From Minutocellus sp. GHC0000111 (lineage: Eukaryota), in NCBI GenBank assembly GCA_977018835.1, contig OZ361259.1, forward strand, positions 4,464,001 to 4,528,000: a stretch of 64,000 bases of DNA. The letters are read 5' to 3'. The position numbers and the translations under genes are program-made. Below, piece by piece: positions 1 through 12,334 of the stretch (within the stretch, counting starts at the first letter, position 1; the number at the start of each line of letters is the position of its first letter). The notes beneath the pieces were generated by a model. That model ran no database searches. It was not told where the DNA came from and was given only the letters and a program-made list of their open reading frames with translations.

Positions 1-692
1 TTGATGTCAACGTTGAGTATGGACTGATAGCCTTCCCGGCCGCCCCAGAAAACAAGGTTTTCCCCACCAAGAGTATGCGTCACATCCATAACCTTCTTCA
101 CCTGAGATGCCCCATAAGCAAACAAATGGGCGTCAGGATTGGTCGCTGCCCCGTTCATGTTCCGCGGGTTTGAGAACATGTTTTGTGTTGCCCACAAGAG
201 CTTGACACCGGTGGACTCTTGCAGCGACTTGAGATGACCAACGATCTCATCAAAGACTGCGTTGGTTTCAGCCAACGTCGAGCGTTCGGGCGACACATCA
301 CGATCGTGAAAGGTATAGTACTCCACGCCGAGCTTGGTGAAGAGTTCAAAGGCCGCGTTGGCACGTGACTTGGCATTCTCGATGCTGTCCGTCTCGTCAT
401 CCCAGTGACGGCTTTGCGTGTTGAAGCCGAACGGATCAGCACCCTTGCCACGGAAGGTATGCCAAAAGCAAACGGAGAAGCGAAGCCATTCTTTCATGGG
501 TTTTCCAAGGATTATTTCTTCGGGGTTGTAAAATCGGAAGCTGAGAGGATCGATGCTCTCTGGCCCCTTGTACACGATCTTTGGCATGTTTGGAAAGTAG
601 GATGAAGGCGGTTGCTGCTTCGGCTTCTTCGTGGCAGGTTCGCCACCATTAGCGGCGTCCTCGGCGCCCTTGGATGTCGGTGCGAAATTCAT
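1..692 (-). CDS. xylA: Xylose isomerase (class II), 5' part; continues beyond the window start
   Basis: Manual translation (absent from the ORF track because it is cut by the window edge): ATG at 692, [75 protein letters not shown], all hallmark XylA motifs. Confidence 0.93.
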   Translation of the reverse strand, partial: MNFAPTSKGAEDAANGGEPATKKPKQQPPSSYFPNMPKIVYKGPESIDPLSFRFYNPEEIILGKPMKEWLRFSVCFWHTFRGKGADPFGFNTQSRHWDDETDSIENAKSRANAAFELFTKLGVEYYTFHDRDVSPERSTLAETNAVFDEIVGHLKSLQESTGVKLLWATQNMFSNPRNMNGAATNPDAHLFAYGASQVKKVMDVTHTLGGENLVFWGGREGYQSILNVDI

Positions 693-913
693 TTGAGGTT
701 GCGTTATGCAGGATATCTGGCACCAAGGGAACAATAAGCAAGATGAGAAGCAAGTCAAAGAGATACGGAACGCCAAATCCAAAGATCGTGATGCCCAACT
801 GGCTGTGGGGTGTCGAAGGACAGACATGAAATTGGCGGGCGGGAGTGAAATCGTTTGACCGAACGGGCGAGTTGGCCTCATTTTTCTGTCGCAACGCATT
901 GTGGTGTCTATCC

Positions 914-2473
914 ATGCCAAACATGAACACGCCCAGCCCACACTACCATCGCCGCGAGGCTTGCTATGTCAGTGTATGGTCGACGCTGCAAGTTCAAAAA
1001 TGCGAAAGAACTACCTCCCTCAACGAAGTTCGTGCTGCACCAATTTTGGCCACCGCCAAAGAACAAATAACATCGCCCGACACCCACCACCGCTTCGAGG
1101 ACATCGTAGGTCACTTCTGGGCTGGAACGGAATATTTCTTTGAAGTCCGTTGGGAAAATGGCGAGGTTACTAGGGAGCCCATGTCAAATCTGAAGCAGGA
1201 TGACCCGCGCTCATTAGCTGAGTATCTCAACCAATCGGGTCTTGCAAAGAGAAGTAAGACATGTAGCTGGGCAAACGGCGACGAATACATGTCTGGATCA
1301 TCATCCGAGGAGGAAGACGAGGAGCTTGAGCCAAAACAAAGGCGTAACCCAAAAGATACCATTATAGAATCGAGAAGCTATGGACTTCGGAGTGGCTCTC
1401 GGAATGGTGGCAATGTAGGCCTACATGTAGACGAGGAGGTAGATGAAGAAGGTCTTACTGAGGAGCAAATTCTGTGCGCAAAACGTAGCAAGAGGCGTGC
1501 AAAGCTGAATGGTTCGCGAGAAGAGCGTCGAGTAAAACGAAAGATCGAAGTGGCGCTCGATCTTGCTTCACAGTGTGCAGAGTTTACCAAGTTGGCTGAC
1601 GAAGAAGGCGTGTTGTTGCACATGCTTGGTCAGCTAGGTAACGACTCGAATATCGGTTCGTTTGAACAGAGCTCTGATGACAAGCTCTTTCGATGCCCTG
1701 TATGCCTAGACCCTTTTGATTCGTTGTTATCTGATTTGCATTTGAAGCGAGATTCTAATCTACCTGTTCGCTCGGCCGTTTGTTCGCACAAATTATGCTG
1801 TTCTTGTTTGACGCACATGCAGCTTGCGAACTCAAGCGGTGCTTCAGTATGCAAGTGGTTGAAATGTCCCGTATGCAAGCAGAACACAGCATTTGACGCG
1901 GTTTCTATGCCCATCGATGTATTTGTTTGCCAGTGCATGGATCGAATTGAAGCAAAGACGTATACTCTCTCGGCTGCCATCTCCCTCTCATCAGACCAAC
2001 ATCGTACAGTCGCCGGCTTATACGCAAGAGCCAGCAAAGGAAGCAACCTGAATAGATTGTCCTCAGATCAATCGTCAAAGAAGTTATTGGCCACGAAACG
2101 AAAGCTTGTCCAGGCACAAAAAGCTATCAAAAGAAAATCAGAAGCCTTGGAAGTTGTAGAAAAAGAGTTGTTATCGACAAAAGGAGAGCTGGCTCATGCT
2201 CGTGAGGCTCTAAAGCAGTGGTCTCGTGAAGCAAATGACGACGTTGATACCAAGGAGACTTTGTGCGTGAAGGAAGATCTGATTGCTCTTCGACCAAGTG
2301 TAGCGCGAGCAAAGCTCAAGTATCAAGAAAAATATCATGGGCGGGCCGAGAATTGGTTTGGCAGACTTGAGGATTTGATTGGTTCCAGTGTCGCGGTCAT
2401 TGGCGATTACGAAGCCAGAGAAAGGGTTGAAATGAGAAGTTCTGGTGCAAGAGAATGCAAGGCTCGCCAGTGA
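914..2473 (+). CDS. RING-finger protein with an N-terminal chromo-like segment and a C-terminal coiled coil
   Basis: [17 protein letters not shown] (C3HC4 RING); [31 protein letters not shown] chromo-like motif; first in-frame ATG at 914; probable frameshift near 2435. Confidence 0.65.
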   Translation: MPNMNTPSPHYHRREACYVSVWSTLQVQKCERTTSLNEVRAAPILATAKEQITSPDTHHRFEDIVGHFWAGTEYFFEVRWENGEVTREPMSNLKQDDPRSLAEYLNQSGLAKRSKTCSWANGDEYMSGSSSEEEDEELEPKQRRNPKDTIIESRSYGLRSGSRNGGNVGLHVDEEVDEEGLTEEQILCAKRSKRRAKLNGSREERRVKRKIEVALDLASQCAEFTKLADEEGVLLHMLGQLGNDSNIGSFEQSSDDKLFRCPVCLDPFDSLLSDLHLKRDSNLPVRSAVCSHKLCCSCLTHMQLANSSGASVCKWLKCPVCKQNTAFDAVSMPIDVFVCQCMDRIEAKTYTLSAAISLSSDQHRTVAGLYARASKGSNLNRLSSDQSSKKLLATKRKLVQAQKAIKRKSEALEVVEKELLSTKGELAHAREALKQWSREANDDVDTKETLCVKEDLIALRPSVARAKLKYQEKYHGRAENWFGRLEDLIGSSVAVIGDYEARERVEMRSSGARECKARQ

Positions 2474-2791
2474 AATTTCCAAACTGAAGACGCAATTGCA
2501 GGTCCGCTCAGGAAATTCGAAGAGATGCAATTCAACATCAGTGCTGGAAGATATTATATAACTTCTTGTGCCGAGAATTGGTTTGGCAGACTTGAGGATT
2601 TGATTGGTTCCAGTGTCGCGGTCATTGGCGATTACGAAGCCAGAGAAAGGGTTGAAATGAGAAGTTCTGGTGCAAGAGAATGCAAGGCTCGCCAGTGAAA
2701 TTTCCAAACTGAAGACGCAATTGCAGGTCCGCTCAGGAAATTCGAAGAGATGCAATTCAACATCAGTGCTGGAAGATATTATATAACTTCT
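2345..2791. repeat. Tandem duplication, 225-bp period (2345-2566 / 2570-2791)
   Basis: Two essentially identical copies, each beginning gccgagaattggtttggcag and ending atataacttct. Confidence 0.95.
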
Positions 2792-3096
2792 ACAAGTACC
2801 TACTACGTAGCTTGCTAGTAGGTCAGTGCGTAGTCAGACGTTATAAAAGAGTGTACCACTGGAGGGAAAACTATTAACACAATGCAGTCAGTATTGTCTG
2901 CAAAAGTCCGTTTGTGTAGTTTATGGTTTGTTTCCATTTGTGCATTTTATAGTTGTCTTTCCATATTATTTATTTCTAGAAATAGAAGTTCCCAAGTACG
3001 ATTGTAGCCCTTCTCGAATTTCCTCGCTAGCTAGCTACTTGAATGAAATCTGTTCATCCATTAATATACCATCCACGGTAAGGCGATAAATGATGG

Positions 3097-3591
3097 CTAA
3101 TGCTTCTTTGTCTTGGCATTGACGGCGCTGCTCTTTCCGTGGCCCTTTGTGGCTTCGGCCTTCTTCTTATCATGAGCCTTGCTGTGGTGAGCATCCTTGT
3201 GGGGGTGCTCGCCTGATGCGTCCTTCTTCTTTGCCTTGGAGAGCTCGATCTTGTGGTTTGTAGCGAAGAGAACTTCCTCCTCGCTCAGCTCAACGCCATC
3301 GCGAATTTTGTTACGTAGATATTTCATGTGGCGTTTCTCGTCGTGGCTGTAGTGAACTTTTGATGCCTTCTTCTGGTCAAATACAACGTTTTCGTCCTCC
3401 CTCTCCTCGACGACGGGCTTGGGCTGAGGAGCGGCCTTGGGAGGAGGAGCAACCGCCACCTTCTTGCTTCCTCCATTAAGAACGGCGTTCTTCTTGGCGG
3501 CGTCGGCCTTCTTCTCTAGTTCCTTTATCTTTTTTGCACTGGCACTGGACTGGGCGAGCTTGGCGGGGGAGATCTTGGTTCCTCGGGGCAT
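3097..3591 (-). CDS. Small Lys/Ala-rich hypothetical protein
   Basis: ATG at 3591 (MPRGTKIS...), natural-looking composition, uninterrupted ORF. Confidence 0.6.
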   Translation of the reverse strand: MPRGTKISPAKLAQSSASAKKIKELEKKADAAKKNAVLNGGSKKVAVAPPPKAAPQPKPVVEEREDENVVFDQKKASKVHYSHDEKRHMKYLRNKIRDGVELSEEEVLFATNHKIELSKAKKKDASGEHPHKDAHHSKAHDKKKAEATKGHGKSSAVNAKTKKH

Positions 3592-4116
3592 GGTGACTGC
3601 GGTGTTGTTGCTTGGAGTTGAGCGCTGCTTGGGGGACGTAGCTTTTGCTTCGGTTTGTTGTTTTGGTTCGAATAATGAGCTCAAGAGTGATGCTTTGGCT
3701 TTTGGCTTTGATTTGTAGCTGGCCGCACTTGCTTCTTGTTATTTTTTCCACGCGTTGTGATGTGGTATGGATCTTCGGTAGAGAGCCGATCTTTTCTGCT
3801 CACACGAACGAACACATATCTTTTATCATGCGGATCTCCAGAGGAGTTCTCGTTGCTGTGCGGCCTTTTTTTGCGGACGTGAATCCAAGATAATTCCTCG
3901 CAACACGATCTCAAAACCGCACATCTTTCATGATGCGGTTACCTGTAGTCGTGGAGATACATCAGGTTCTCGTCTATTTCATGTGCGGTTTCATTGTGCG
4001 GTCTGCGGGCTGGGCCTTTTGACACTAGACATGCTCTGTGTCCCGTTGTGACCGGGAACAACAAAAAACGCGATTGATCATTCGATTTTCAACAGTAGGG
4101 TCTTGAACTTTTCCAT

Positions 4117-5298
4117 CTACTTTATTTTCAATGCTGCTGCTCGAGAAGAATCGTCAATTGGTATCCATTCCGTTGGGTTATCGTAGGCACCGGACCACAG
4201 ACGGTTGCTGTGAATCACAATTCCACTCTTCTGTGTAGGTCCCAAAAAGGCAGCCCACCAAGAGAAAGTCCCTCCCGAAGCAACAATGTGGTCGCACGAC
4301 GATAAGACCGCCAAATCAAGCATCGGATCGCTGCTTCCTACGTACTGAAACTCATCCGATGCAAACATTCCGCCCTCTCGTTTGTGGTCATTGAACCATC
4401 TATATCCCTCAGATCCCTCTGACGCTAACAAGAATTTTATTCTTGGGCTGCCTGAACTCACCAACGAGCCGAGCTCTTCTCTCATCCTCTCTATTGCTTT
4501 GACATAGTAGTCGTCTCCTGGTGCATCGCAGTAACTGCAATCGATTTTGTCGCCTCGGCGTGCATGAATTCCAACAATAATATCGCCATCTCGGCGGAAA
4601 GGTTCCAGAACTGCCGCGGCTTTCTTCACATATTCCTCGTTGAAGTTCAACATGGCCAAAACTTCATCTTTGACGTGCCGAAAGTTACCGTAGCTTTGCA
4701 TGAAATCAGACACCTCGAGATCGTCTCCGTCATATTTCGACAAATCCCTCTGATCAAAGTTGTTGATGTGGTGTCCTGCTCTAATAGGTTTGGATTTTAC
4801 CTTCCAGTGCTTGTCACAAAAAGTAAAGGGACCCTTGAAGTAGCGCTCAATTATATGTATTGAAAAGCGGGAGGGAGCGCGTGGTAACTTGTCAATTACA
4901 TCCAGTGAAAGAGTATTTATGCAGAAATTGTAGCCATATTTCGCTGCTATGCCATAACCACTGGCGAGGGAGAACAAATCGTTTCCTATTCTTCCACCTG
5001 TATAGCGCAGCTTGAGATATGGTCCAGGCAGCCGCTTGGCTACTTCGGGCGTAGGCGGTGGTGTCGGCATAGAAATTTCTTGCACCGTCGCTACGATAGT
5101 ATGCCCTTTATTTTTCAGGTGGCGTCCATTTGCGATTGCGTCGGCGGAGGAGTCCTCTGCGAGTGAAAGGCTTTGCAAGGTTTGTAGCCGACCATTGTCC
5201 GAGAAAAACAATATTGCAGCGCCGCCGCACGCAAGGAAAAGTATTGCGGCGGTGGTGGCCCTCCGATCACGCCGATGACACGGATCAATCGGGCGCAT
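4117..5298 (-). CDS. Glycosyltransferase family 11 (alpha-1,2-fucosyltransferase-like), type II membrane protein
   Basis: GRIGNDLF, VGIHARRGD and DLAVLSSCDHIVASGGTFSWWAAFL motifs; N-terminal TM segment. Confidence 0.88.
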   Translation of the reverse strand: MRPIDPCHRRDRRATTAAILFLACGGAAILFFSDNGRLQTLQSLSLAEDSSADAIANGRHLKNKGHTIVATVQEISMPTPPPTPEVAKRLPGPYLKLRYTGGRIGNDLFSLASGYGIAAKYGYNFCINTLSLDVIDKLPRAPSRFSIHIIERYFKGPFTFCDKHWKVKSKPIRAGHHINNFDQRDLSKYDGDDLEVSDFMQSYGNFRHVKDEVLAMLNFNEEYVKKAAAVLEPFRRDGDIIVGIHARRGDKIDCSYCDAPGDDYYVKAIERMREELGSLVSSGSPRIKFLLASEGSEGYRWFNDHKREGGMFASDEFQYVGSSDPMLDLAVLSSCDHIVASGGTFSWWAAFLGPTQKSGIVIHSNRLWSGAYDNPTEWIPIDDSSRAAALKIK

Positions 5299-5317
5299 CG
5301 TTAGCGTTCCTCGCAAA

Positions 5318-5703
5318 AAGAATTGGTCGGTGGTGCTCTAGAGCTAGCTGCGTAGGAACTTAAGTTCCTATCCGGCAATGGCTGTGGTTTGCTGGCAGTT
5401 GTTCTTCCTTGCGAGTTTCGATAAACAAAATGCTGGCGCCAAATTCCCAATTGCCCATTCAGCATGCGTGATCAAAATGACCTCGCGATCGCGGCGGCGA
5501 AGGCAAAATTAAGAATTGGTCGGTGGTGCTCTAGAGCTAGCTGCGTAGGAACTTAAGTTCCTATCCGGCAATGGCTGTGGTTTGCTGGCAGTTGTTCTTC
5601 CTTGCGAGTTTCGATACACAAAATGCTGGCGCCAAATTCCCAATTGCCCATTCAGCATGCGTGATCAAAATGACCTCGCGATCGCGGCGGCGAAGGCAAA
5701 ATT
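5318..5703. repeat. Tandem duplication, 193-bp period (5318-5510 / 5511-5703), upstream of the GT11 gene
   Basis: Two copies beginning aagaattggtcggtggtgctc; one substitution seen (ataaac vs atacac). Confidence 0.95.
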
Positions 5704-8387
5704 CTGGCCGACCGGACGCCGGACGGACTTTATCTAAAGAATCCCGGAAACCGGATTTTTCCAACATCCCACTTCCATCACGATGTGCCCAGACTCTAGC
5801 TACGTAGTAGGAGACGACCCCCAAGATGATATTCACCAACCATGCCCACCTCATTATCTCTTCTATATATATGCCGCTTGGCTTGTGGACCTTCATTTCA
5901 GTCTCAATTTCCTGAAACTCGTGAAAATCGACTATCGGCGCATGTCATCGGCCGACCTCGACCTCCATGACAGCTACAATTGCAAAGAAAAAGTAACGAC
6001 GGCGTCGACTTGATGAGAGATTGCCGAGATTTGACGGCTTGGTAGGTCGGTTCAATGCAAGCATGGGGCGGTGGCGTGACAGTGTTATTGAGTTCGGACG
6101 CACGGCAGTCGCAAAATGCCGATGCCGTTTGAAAAAACAAGAATCTGACTTCATCGCAAAAGCGGTCCTCAATGTCAATATGGGTATAGTGGGAACCAAG
6201 CCGATTTGAGGCACATAAGAACTTTTGATATTTCGCTACCATGCCACTACTGGAGTGATTGATGTGCTTCTCCTGCGAGTTGGGTATCAGCAAGCTGACA
6301 TTATATTGGGCTTTGTGGGTTTGCCGAAATATTTCCGGTATTGGGACAGGCGCCAAAATCAGATGATGTGCAATAGTTCTTGAAATTCAATAGAGAAACG
6401 CAGATTCTCGTTCAATCTTGTCGATGTTTGTACTAAAGAGTGGAGGAGCACGTGTTGATTTTTTAGTTTGTGTCTGGAACCCACTGCATTCTCACACAAT
6501 GACAAGTAACACCAGAACTTCCAGATTCTCATCAACTTGTCCACCGCGATGTCATAATCGCCTTGGGTACAACAATCTTCCCCAAATTGACGATAACGAG
6601 GCTTCAAATCGAACAGTGTATATATATACTGAAATTCAATAGCGTCTTTCTGTGGTTTAGGTCGATAGTTTGGCCAAACTGTGTCATGTTGTAATTTTTC
6701 GAGGGTGAGTTTTATTCTTCTGGAAGGTCAAAATTACCAACATGATGATAGTTTGGGATCATGCACGCCCAGTCACTACATCGGTACCTTCTTCCAACCT
6801 TCATATGGTGTGAGGTGGCTCATTGATGGAAAGTTTCGCGGGGTTGCTGCAACAATTGGTAGTTTTGTAAGTATCGCAATGTTTCGTGGAGGTCGACGCC
6901 AGAACTCGAGGGGCATTGAGCCCAAGACTCAAAATTGATACTGAACAACAATCAACTACAACTACTGCAGGGGAAGGGCATTCATTGACTTCCCTTGATG
7001 CATGTGAGCGGCCTCTGTGTTCATGGAAGGTCCTTTGTACCGGTATGGAAAGAAATTAGGGGAAATCAATGTGGAAATTCATTCATTTTTGGGCGTTTCT
7101 CGATGGTCGTCAACCTCCACGAAGATTAGAGCTTTATGGATCGACTAATAGTCGCTAAAGCAATATCACTCGAATAGAGACGCGTCATGGTATGTATCTA
7201 GTGGGTCTTTGTGGATATTAACTGTAGTGAAGTGACTTGCTTGGCTGCTGGCAGTCGTTTGATTGGTGAGAACAATTTCCGATGGACGGACAAAGGAGAA
7301 AAGTGACCTCGTTGAGCCATAATAGGCGCGCTTGCGCGATGAGTTGCAATGGAACACACCGCCCAAGCCCTATAAACCTTATGTTGGTAACACACAACCC
7401 AAAGAACCTGCTCTATGTTGCAATTTGACCTCACTTTCCGGTAACTTTTATATCATCGCCTCCCCAGAATCCCTGAATTACCGCCAAAGGACCTGTCCGA
7501 GCAGTAACAGTAAGAATTGAGAGCAAGCCATAGTCCAAACCTTCGCCCAAGCGCTTATCATCCCCTGTATATATCGTCATGCAACGAAAGCAAATGGAGT
7601 GAGACAATGCACCCACCAGGCAAGAATAAAACCCTCCCAACCCTCCCAAAGTCAAAAATTTGCGCCGCAGACCCTCTGGGAGCACGGAAACTTCGATGTG
7701 GGCACCATCTTATCGCTCAAACCTCGGCCAAAGCCTTCACAGGATCTTTTGGATATATCTTTGGGTAACAAAAGCAGATAAAACGATAATCTGGCCCAGG
7801 AGGCGAGATTTGAACCCGCTTATCCCGCCCAGAATCCCAGTTGTCGCCGCTTTCGACCCGAATCAAGCACAATAGACGCCCTTGCATGACAAGCATAAAC
7901 CTCGACTCACGCTTTAAAAACCTTGTTCGGGTAAAATGGAAGGTATTGATGGCATCTTATGTCGCAATCTGTGCTTATTTGCTGAGATTTCAATATCTCC
8001 GCTTCGCCGAGGCTCTCGATTTTTTTCGTCCACGACCTCTGGGAGCTGCTGAAATAGTGATAATTGGTAGGAAAGTTACAGACCAAACCTCGCACGAAGT
8101 GCTCACACAATTTTATACATCGGGAGGCAATGTAAGCAAGCGAAGTGAGAGATCTACCCTATGAGGCAAGCTTAAAACCCTCTCAGTCCGCCCAGAAAAT
8201 AAAAATCGATGTGCATTTTGGGATTGATTTTTAGCAGATGGACGGCAGATACGGCAGTCTCAGAAGCATGATGAAGCGAAAAAAGAAATGTGCTGAAATA
8301 GCAATCTGTACAGAAACAGCGATCACATGCGGGGAGGAAGCGGCCATCTATTTTATTTGAACAATGGTAAGTCTGCAAAAGACAACA

Positions 8388-10994
8388 TCAGAATGGCACA
8401 TCGTCGTAGTCTTCCGGCTTTGGAGGTGCTGACTTTCTCATCTGGTGCATTATCAGGCCTTGCCGTATGTTATCATTAAGCGGAGCGCTGCTTGTCCGAG
8501 TACTAGCTGTTGTGGACGTACCGCCCGAATCATTGCCAGTTGAACTGCTTTCGCTAACATCAGAGGCAGACACTCCCAGCCTTCTCCTCAATCGCATTGT
8601 AAGATCATAAAATCCCATTTCTTCATAGAAGTTGAATAGTGCCACGCTCGAGAGTGGAGCCATCTTGAGCTCGCTCACTGTAGTGTAGTGATCAGGCATG
8701 GTCATTACGTCGAGAGGAACTGCCCTATCCAACTCGACTAGTTTGCGCGACAGCACGGCCTCTTCTGTGTTACTCAACAATTTTTCACGGCGAGCCTTCT
8801 GTTTGATCTCTCCAGCACGCTCCAAGAGAACTTCGAGCGAACCATATTCATTGATCAAAGTGCTTGCAATCTTGGGACCGATCCCAGGGACGCCGGGAAT
8901 GTTATCGGACTTATCACCGGCGAGAGCGAGCACATCGCCAAGAAGATTCGGTGGGACACCAAACTTTTCCACAACGACATCATAGGTTACTCGGATCATT
9001 GCCTTCGGGTCGATCATGTTGATGCTGGGCTCCTCACCGGGTGGCGTGACGAGCTGCATCAGATCCTTGTCACCGGTCAGTACGTGGACGTTGATCCCCT
9101 CCTCTCTCGCCATGGTAGCCAGGGTAGCAATGACGTCGTCGGCCTCGAAGGATGGTGCTTCGATCTGATCAATCCCGTAGGCAGTGGCAGCCTCACGGAT
9201 GAGGTCGAATTGCGGTACAAGGTCTTCCGGGCATGGCCCTCGATTGGCCTTGTAGTCGGGATACATTTCATGACGAAAGTTCTTGCCCTTTGAGTCGAAG
9301 ACAAGGACGATTCGCGGTTGATCACCTGATAGAGATCGGTTCAAGACGAGCCGGTTGAGCATGTTACAAAAGCCAAGAACGGCTCCGACCGGCATGCCAT
9401 CGGCTCGGTGCAAGGGAGGCATAGAATAGTACGCTCGAAAGATGTAGGCCGATGCATCTACAAGCAACAATGGATTAGATCCATTGGCGTCGTCGAATTC
9501 GAGCATTTCCGAAGAGTCTGTGTCGGCATTCGAGCTAGATTGAGCTGTTGCAGCAGCGGCCGGTGAAGGGGGCGGGGCTTTGTGAAAGTCTTCGACGTGG
9601 ATGCCATTTTGTTTGTTCTCAATTTGCTTTTTGGCCCGTTTCAGATCTCGCTGTGCCTGTCGATACTGCAGAATGAGGTCGGCCATCCGATTTCCAGCGC
9701 TGGCCATGGCATCCAGCACGTCCTCGTTGGTGCTTTGGCCGGCATCGCCGAACAGCACGTTGGAAACCTGCTTGGGTGAGTTGATGTTGAACTCCTCCCC
9801 ACCGTTCTCGACATACACACTCTTCTCGATCGATTCGCTCTTGGATGTTAAAATGTCCACCTGGGCCATTTGTCCGTTTCCATTGGACGAGCCAGACATG
9901 ATTTGCACCACATCTGCGGTTGGTTTCGGTACTGTGTTCCCTGCAGGAAGAGGTGCCGATGGCGTTGTGGCCATAATGTCTGCATATCGATCCAACGAGG
10001 ATGGTGTTGTCTTGGTAGTTGTTTCTTCATTACTGGTGGACTCCACAGGATCGTCAATAGAATCTTGCATCTTTGCCTCCTTTTTTAAATATGCTGGCGC
10101 CTCCGATGCCATGGTGGGTGATTCGTCACCACTAACCTTCTTGCTGATACTGCTTCCAGAAGGTAGCTCCTCGTCATCATAATAATCCAAAGGCGGCTCC
10201 AAGAAGGCACCATCGGGCAATTCTTCATCCCCATTCAACGTCCCCACGTACCCCGACACGCCCATCTCCTCGTCTTAGTAGTCATAATCGTACTCCATCG
10301 GGGGAGGTATGGCCCGATCCTGCCACTGCGGTGCCAGTGTGGCTTTGGGCCCTGTCCTGTTATCACCACTCCCATTGCTTTTTGGTGTTGCAGCTTTGGC
10401 ATCACCACTATTTTTCCTCGGCTGCTGTGCCTTGGCCACGGGCGCATTGGGCTGTGGAAATGCCTTGGCCGTCGCTGGCTGCGTCGGTTCCTCGCTCTCG
10501 ATTGCCGATGCTTGCTGGCGATACGTGGCTGGTGGTCGTCTAGTACCCGCCCCAGGACGCTTATTGTTGTTGCTATTATTGCCTGGCATATTCCTGGCAG
10601 GAGGAGCAGGACGCGGCGTCGCATCGAAGAACAATTCGTCAAACGCCGCCAATCGTCGCTTGGGAGGGGATGCAGCAGTTGCATCCTCTGATGATTGCTG
10701 ACCATCATCGGCATCGTTGGTAGCAGCAGCTGCCGCCCTCACGGTCCTACTACGAGCAGGCCGACGAGCAGCAGACGCCGCCACGGCGAACGATCGGCGG
10801 ATGGCGGTGGTGGTGACACATGATGTGTCATGATGACCCAATGGCAACAAAGATGCACCAAACACCGATTGAGACGCCCCAACTCCGCATTTGGTGGCTG
10901 ACGCAACAAAGGCTGGTGTATTCCTATATGTAGAGGTGCGGCACGCGGCAGAGGCGGCAGTGGAACGGAGGAGGGTCCCGAAGACGGTCCTCAT
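8388..10994 (-). CDS. Organelle-targeted 5'-3' exonuclease (Pol I N-terminal/flap-endonuclease family); in-frame TAA at 10275-10277
   Basis: LLLVDASAYIFRAY, FRHEMYPDYKANR, FEADDVIATLA, TGDKDLMQL, LAGDKSDNIPGVPGIGPKIA; upstream ORF 10275-10994 is in the same frame (YDY*DEEMG) and has a transit-peptide-like N-terminus. Confidence 0.85.
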
Positions 10995-11368
10995 GACAAT
11001 GAGGGCCGTAAAAGATACGCCCTTGCGCTTCCTTTTTGTTGGAGTTGTTTGAATTAATCTCTCTAACACCAAATTATGCCCCGCCGGAGTTGATGGGCCG
11101 GTCACCGTTGATAGAGGGGGTTGGCCACGGCTCTTGGTGGTGGGTCGTCTCCTCATCTTGGGAGAATGAGAGGCTGCTGCTGCGGCTGCTGGCTTCAGAT
11201 GAGCAGGCCGGCCGGCTCGCGATCGCGACCGGCAGACTTTCGCCTGTCACTCTCGCTCATTTTTTGAACGAACTCAACCTCGAGATACCAACAGAACCCG
11301 CCGCCGCCTCCGTGCTCTGCACATCCCTTTTTCCCCGCACCCAATTGCACACATATATCGTTTCCATC

Positions 11369-12334
11369 ATGGCCCGCGTCCGCCCCCTCTCGCCCGGGCA
11401 GCAAAAGTTCCTCCAAATGCTCATGGCCCGTCACGTCCTATCGGACTCCGAGGCCCAGGCACTCTACACCGCCCTCTCCCGTCAGGCCCAGGAAGAAGAC
11501 GAGGCGCCCCTCGGCCGCTCCCTCGAACACTGCCTGGGTGTCATCAACGACAGCCTTTCCGCCGGGTTTGGGTTGGAAGTCAAGACCGTCAGTCTCGACA
11601 AGCGCTGTGCCGGTCCTATGGACGAGGATGCTGATGCCAAGGACGAGGCCGAGGAGGAATCCTCGTCGGCCGGTGGTGCACGAAAGTCGTCCGCCAAAAA
11701 GTCCGCCAGTAAGAACAAGAACAGGAACACCGCCCGGTACCACGCCGTGGCCAACAAGGTGGCCGATCCGGCGTCGAAATCCACCTTCATGACGGCCACG
11801 GCCGCGTCGGCCCCGCACCATTCCGCCAACATCCGCACCCCGCACGAGATGGCGTACCTCCGTCTAATCGTGGAAAAGATCGTCGAACGCGGCATGGACA
11901 TGGACGAGGCCGGGGGTGCCGAGGGCGTCGGTGCCGGCAGCCGCGGGTGTTTGGGACGGATCTCCGTTCTGAATTTGAGGAACGAACTGGAGGGTCCCCA
12001 CGAGGGCAAGGTCAGCCTGGCCCAGGCCCAGCATGCGTTGTCGTGTCTGATTGGGGAGAAGTGGCTCGTGGCGACCAACCCCCCCGAGGATGACGAGGAC
12101 GAGGACGACGACGAGGAGGGCGACGAAGAGACCGAAACTCCCAACGCCGGCAAACGCAAGCGAGGTGGGCGCAAGAGCCGCGGAGGTCGGACCAGCCTCG
12201 ATGGGTTGGGCGGCGACGGACCGGCCCTGTCGCACGTCATGGTCGGCCCTCGGACGTACATGGAGCTTCCCGACCTTCTCAAAGATTGTGGCCTGGAACG
12301 TGTTCCGCAATTCATTCTCCACAGTGGAAGGTAA
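11369..12334 (+). CDS. NSE1: SMC5/6 subunit NSE1-like protein (winged-helix part; no RING seen)
   Basis: QKFLQMLMARHVLS, INDSLS..GLEVK, YHAVANKVAD, SLAQAQHALSCLIGEKWL and VGPRTYMEL match the Nse1 pattern. Confidence 0.72.
   Translation: MARVRPLSPGQQKFLQMLMARHVLSDSEAQALYTALSRQAQEEDEAPLGRSLEHCLGVINDSLSAGFGLEVKTVSLDKRCAGPMDEDADAKDEAEEESSSAGGARKSSAKKSASKNKNRNTARYHAVANKVADPASKSTFMTATAASAPHHSANIRTPHEMAYLRLIVEKIVERGMDMDEAGGAEGVGAGSRGCLGRISVLNLRNELEGPHEGKVSLAQAQHALSCLIGEKWLVATNPPEDDEDEDDDEEGDEETETPNAGKRKRGGRKSRGGRTSLDGLGGDGPALSHVMVGPRTYMELPDLLKDCGLERVPQFILHSGR

Noticed and set aside
1..692. Xylose isomerase as a recent bacterial contaminant or transfer
   Set aside because: Embedded among eukaryotic genes, has a eukaryote-like N-terminal extension, and class II xylose isomerases are known in various eukaryotes; phylogeny would be needed.
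3900..4030. Repeated accgca/tgcggt words ending in ttttgacacta, resembling one end of a hAT element
   Set aside because: No matching second terminus or TSD found.
5750..8170. Short ORF fragments between GT11 and the exonuclease
   Set aside because: Possibly decayed genes, but I recognise no motif and cannot assemble a consistent frame.
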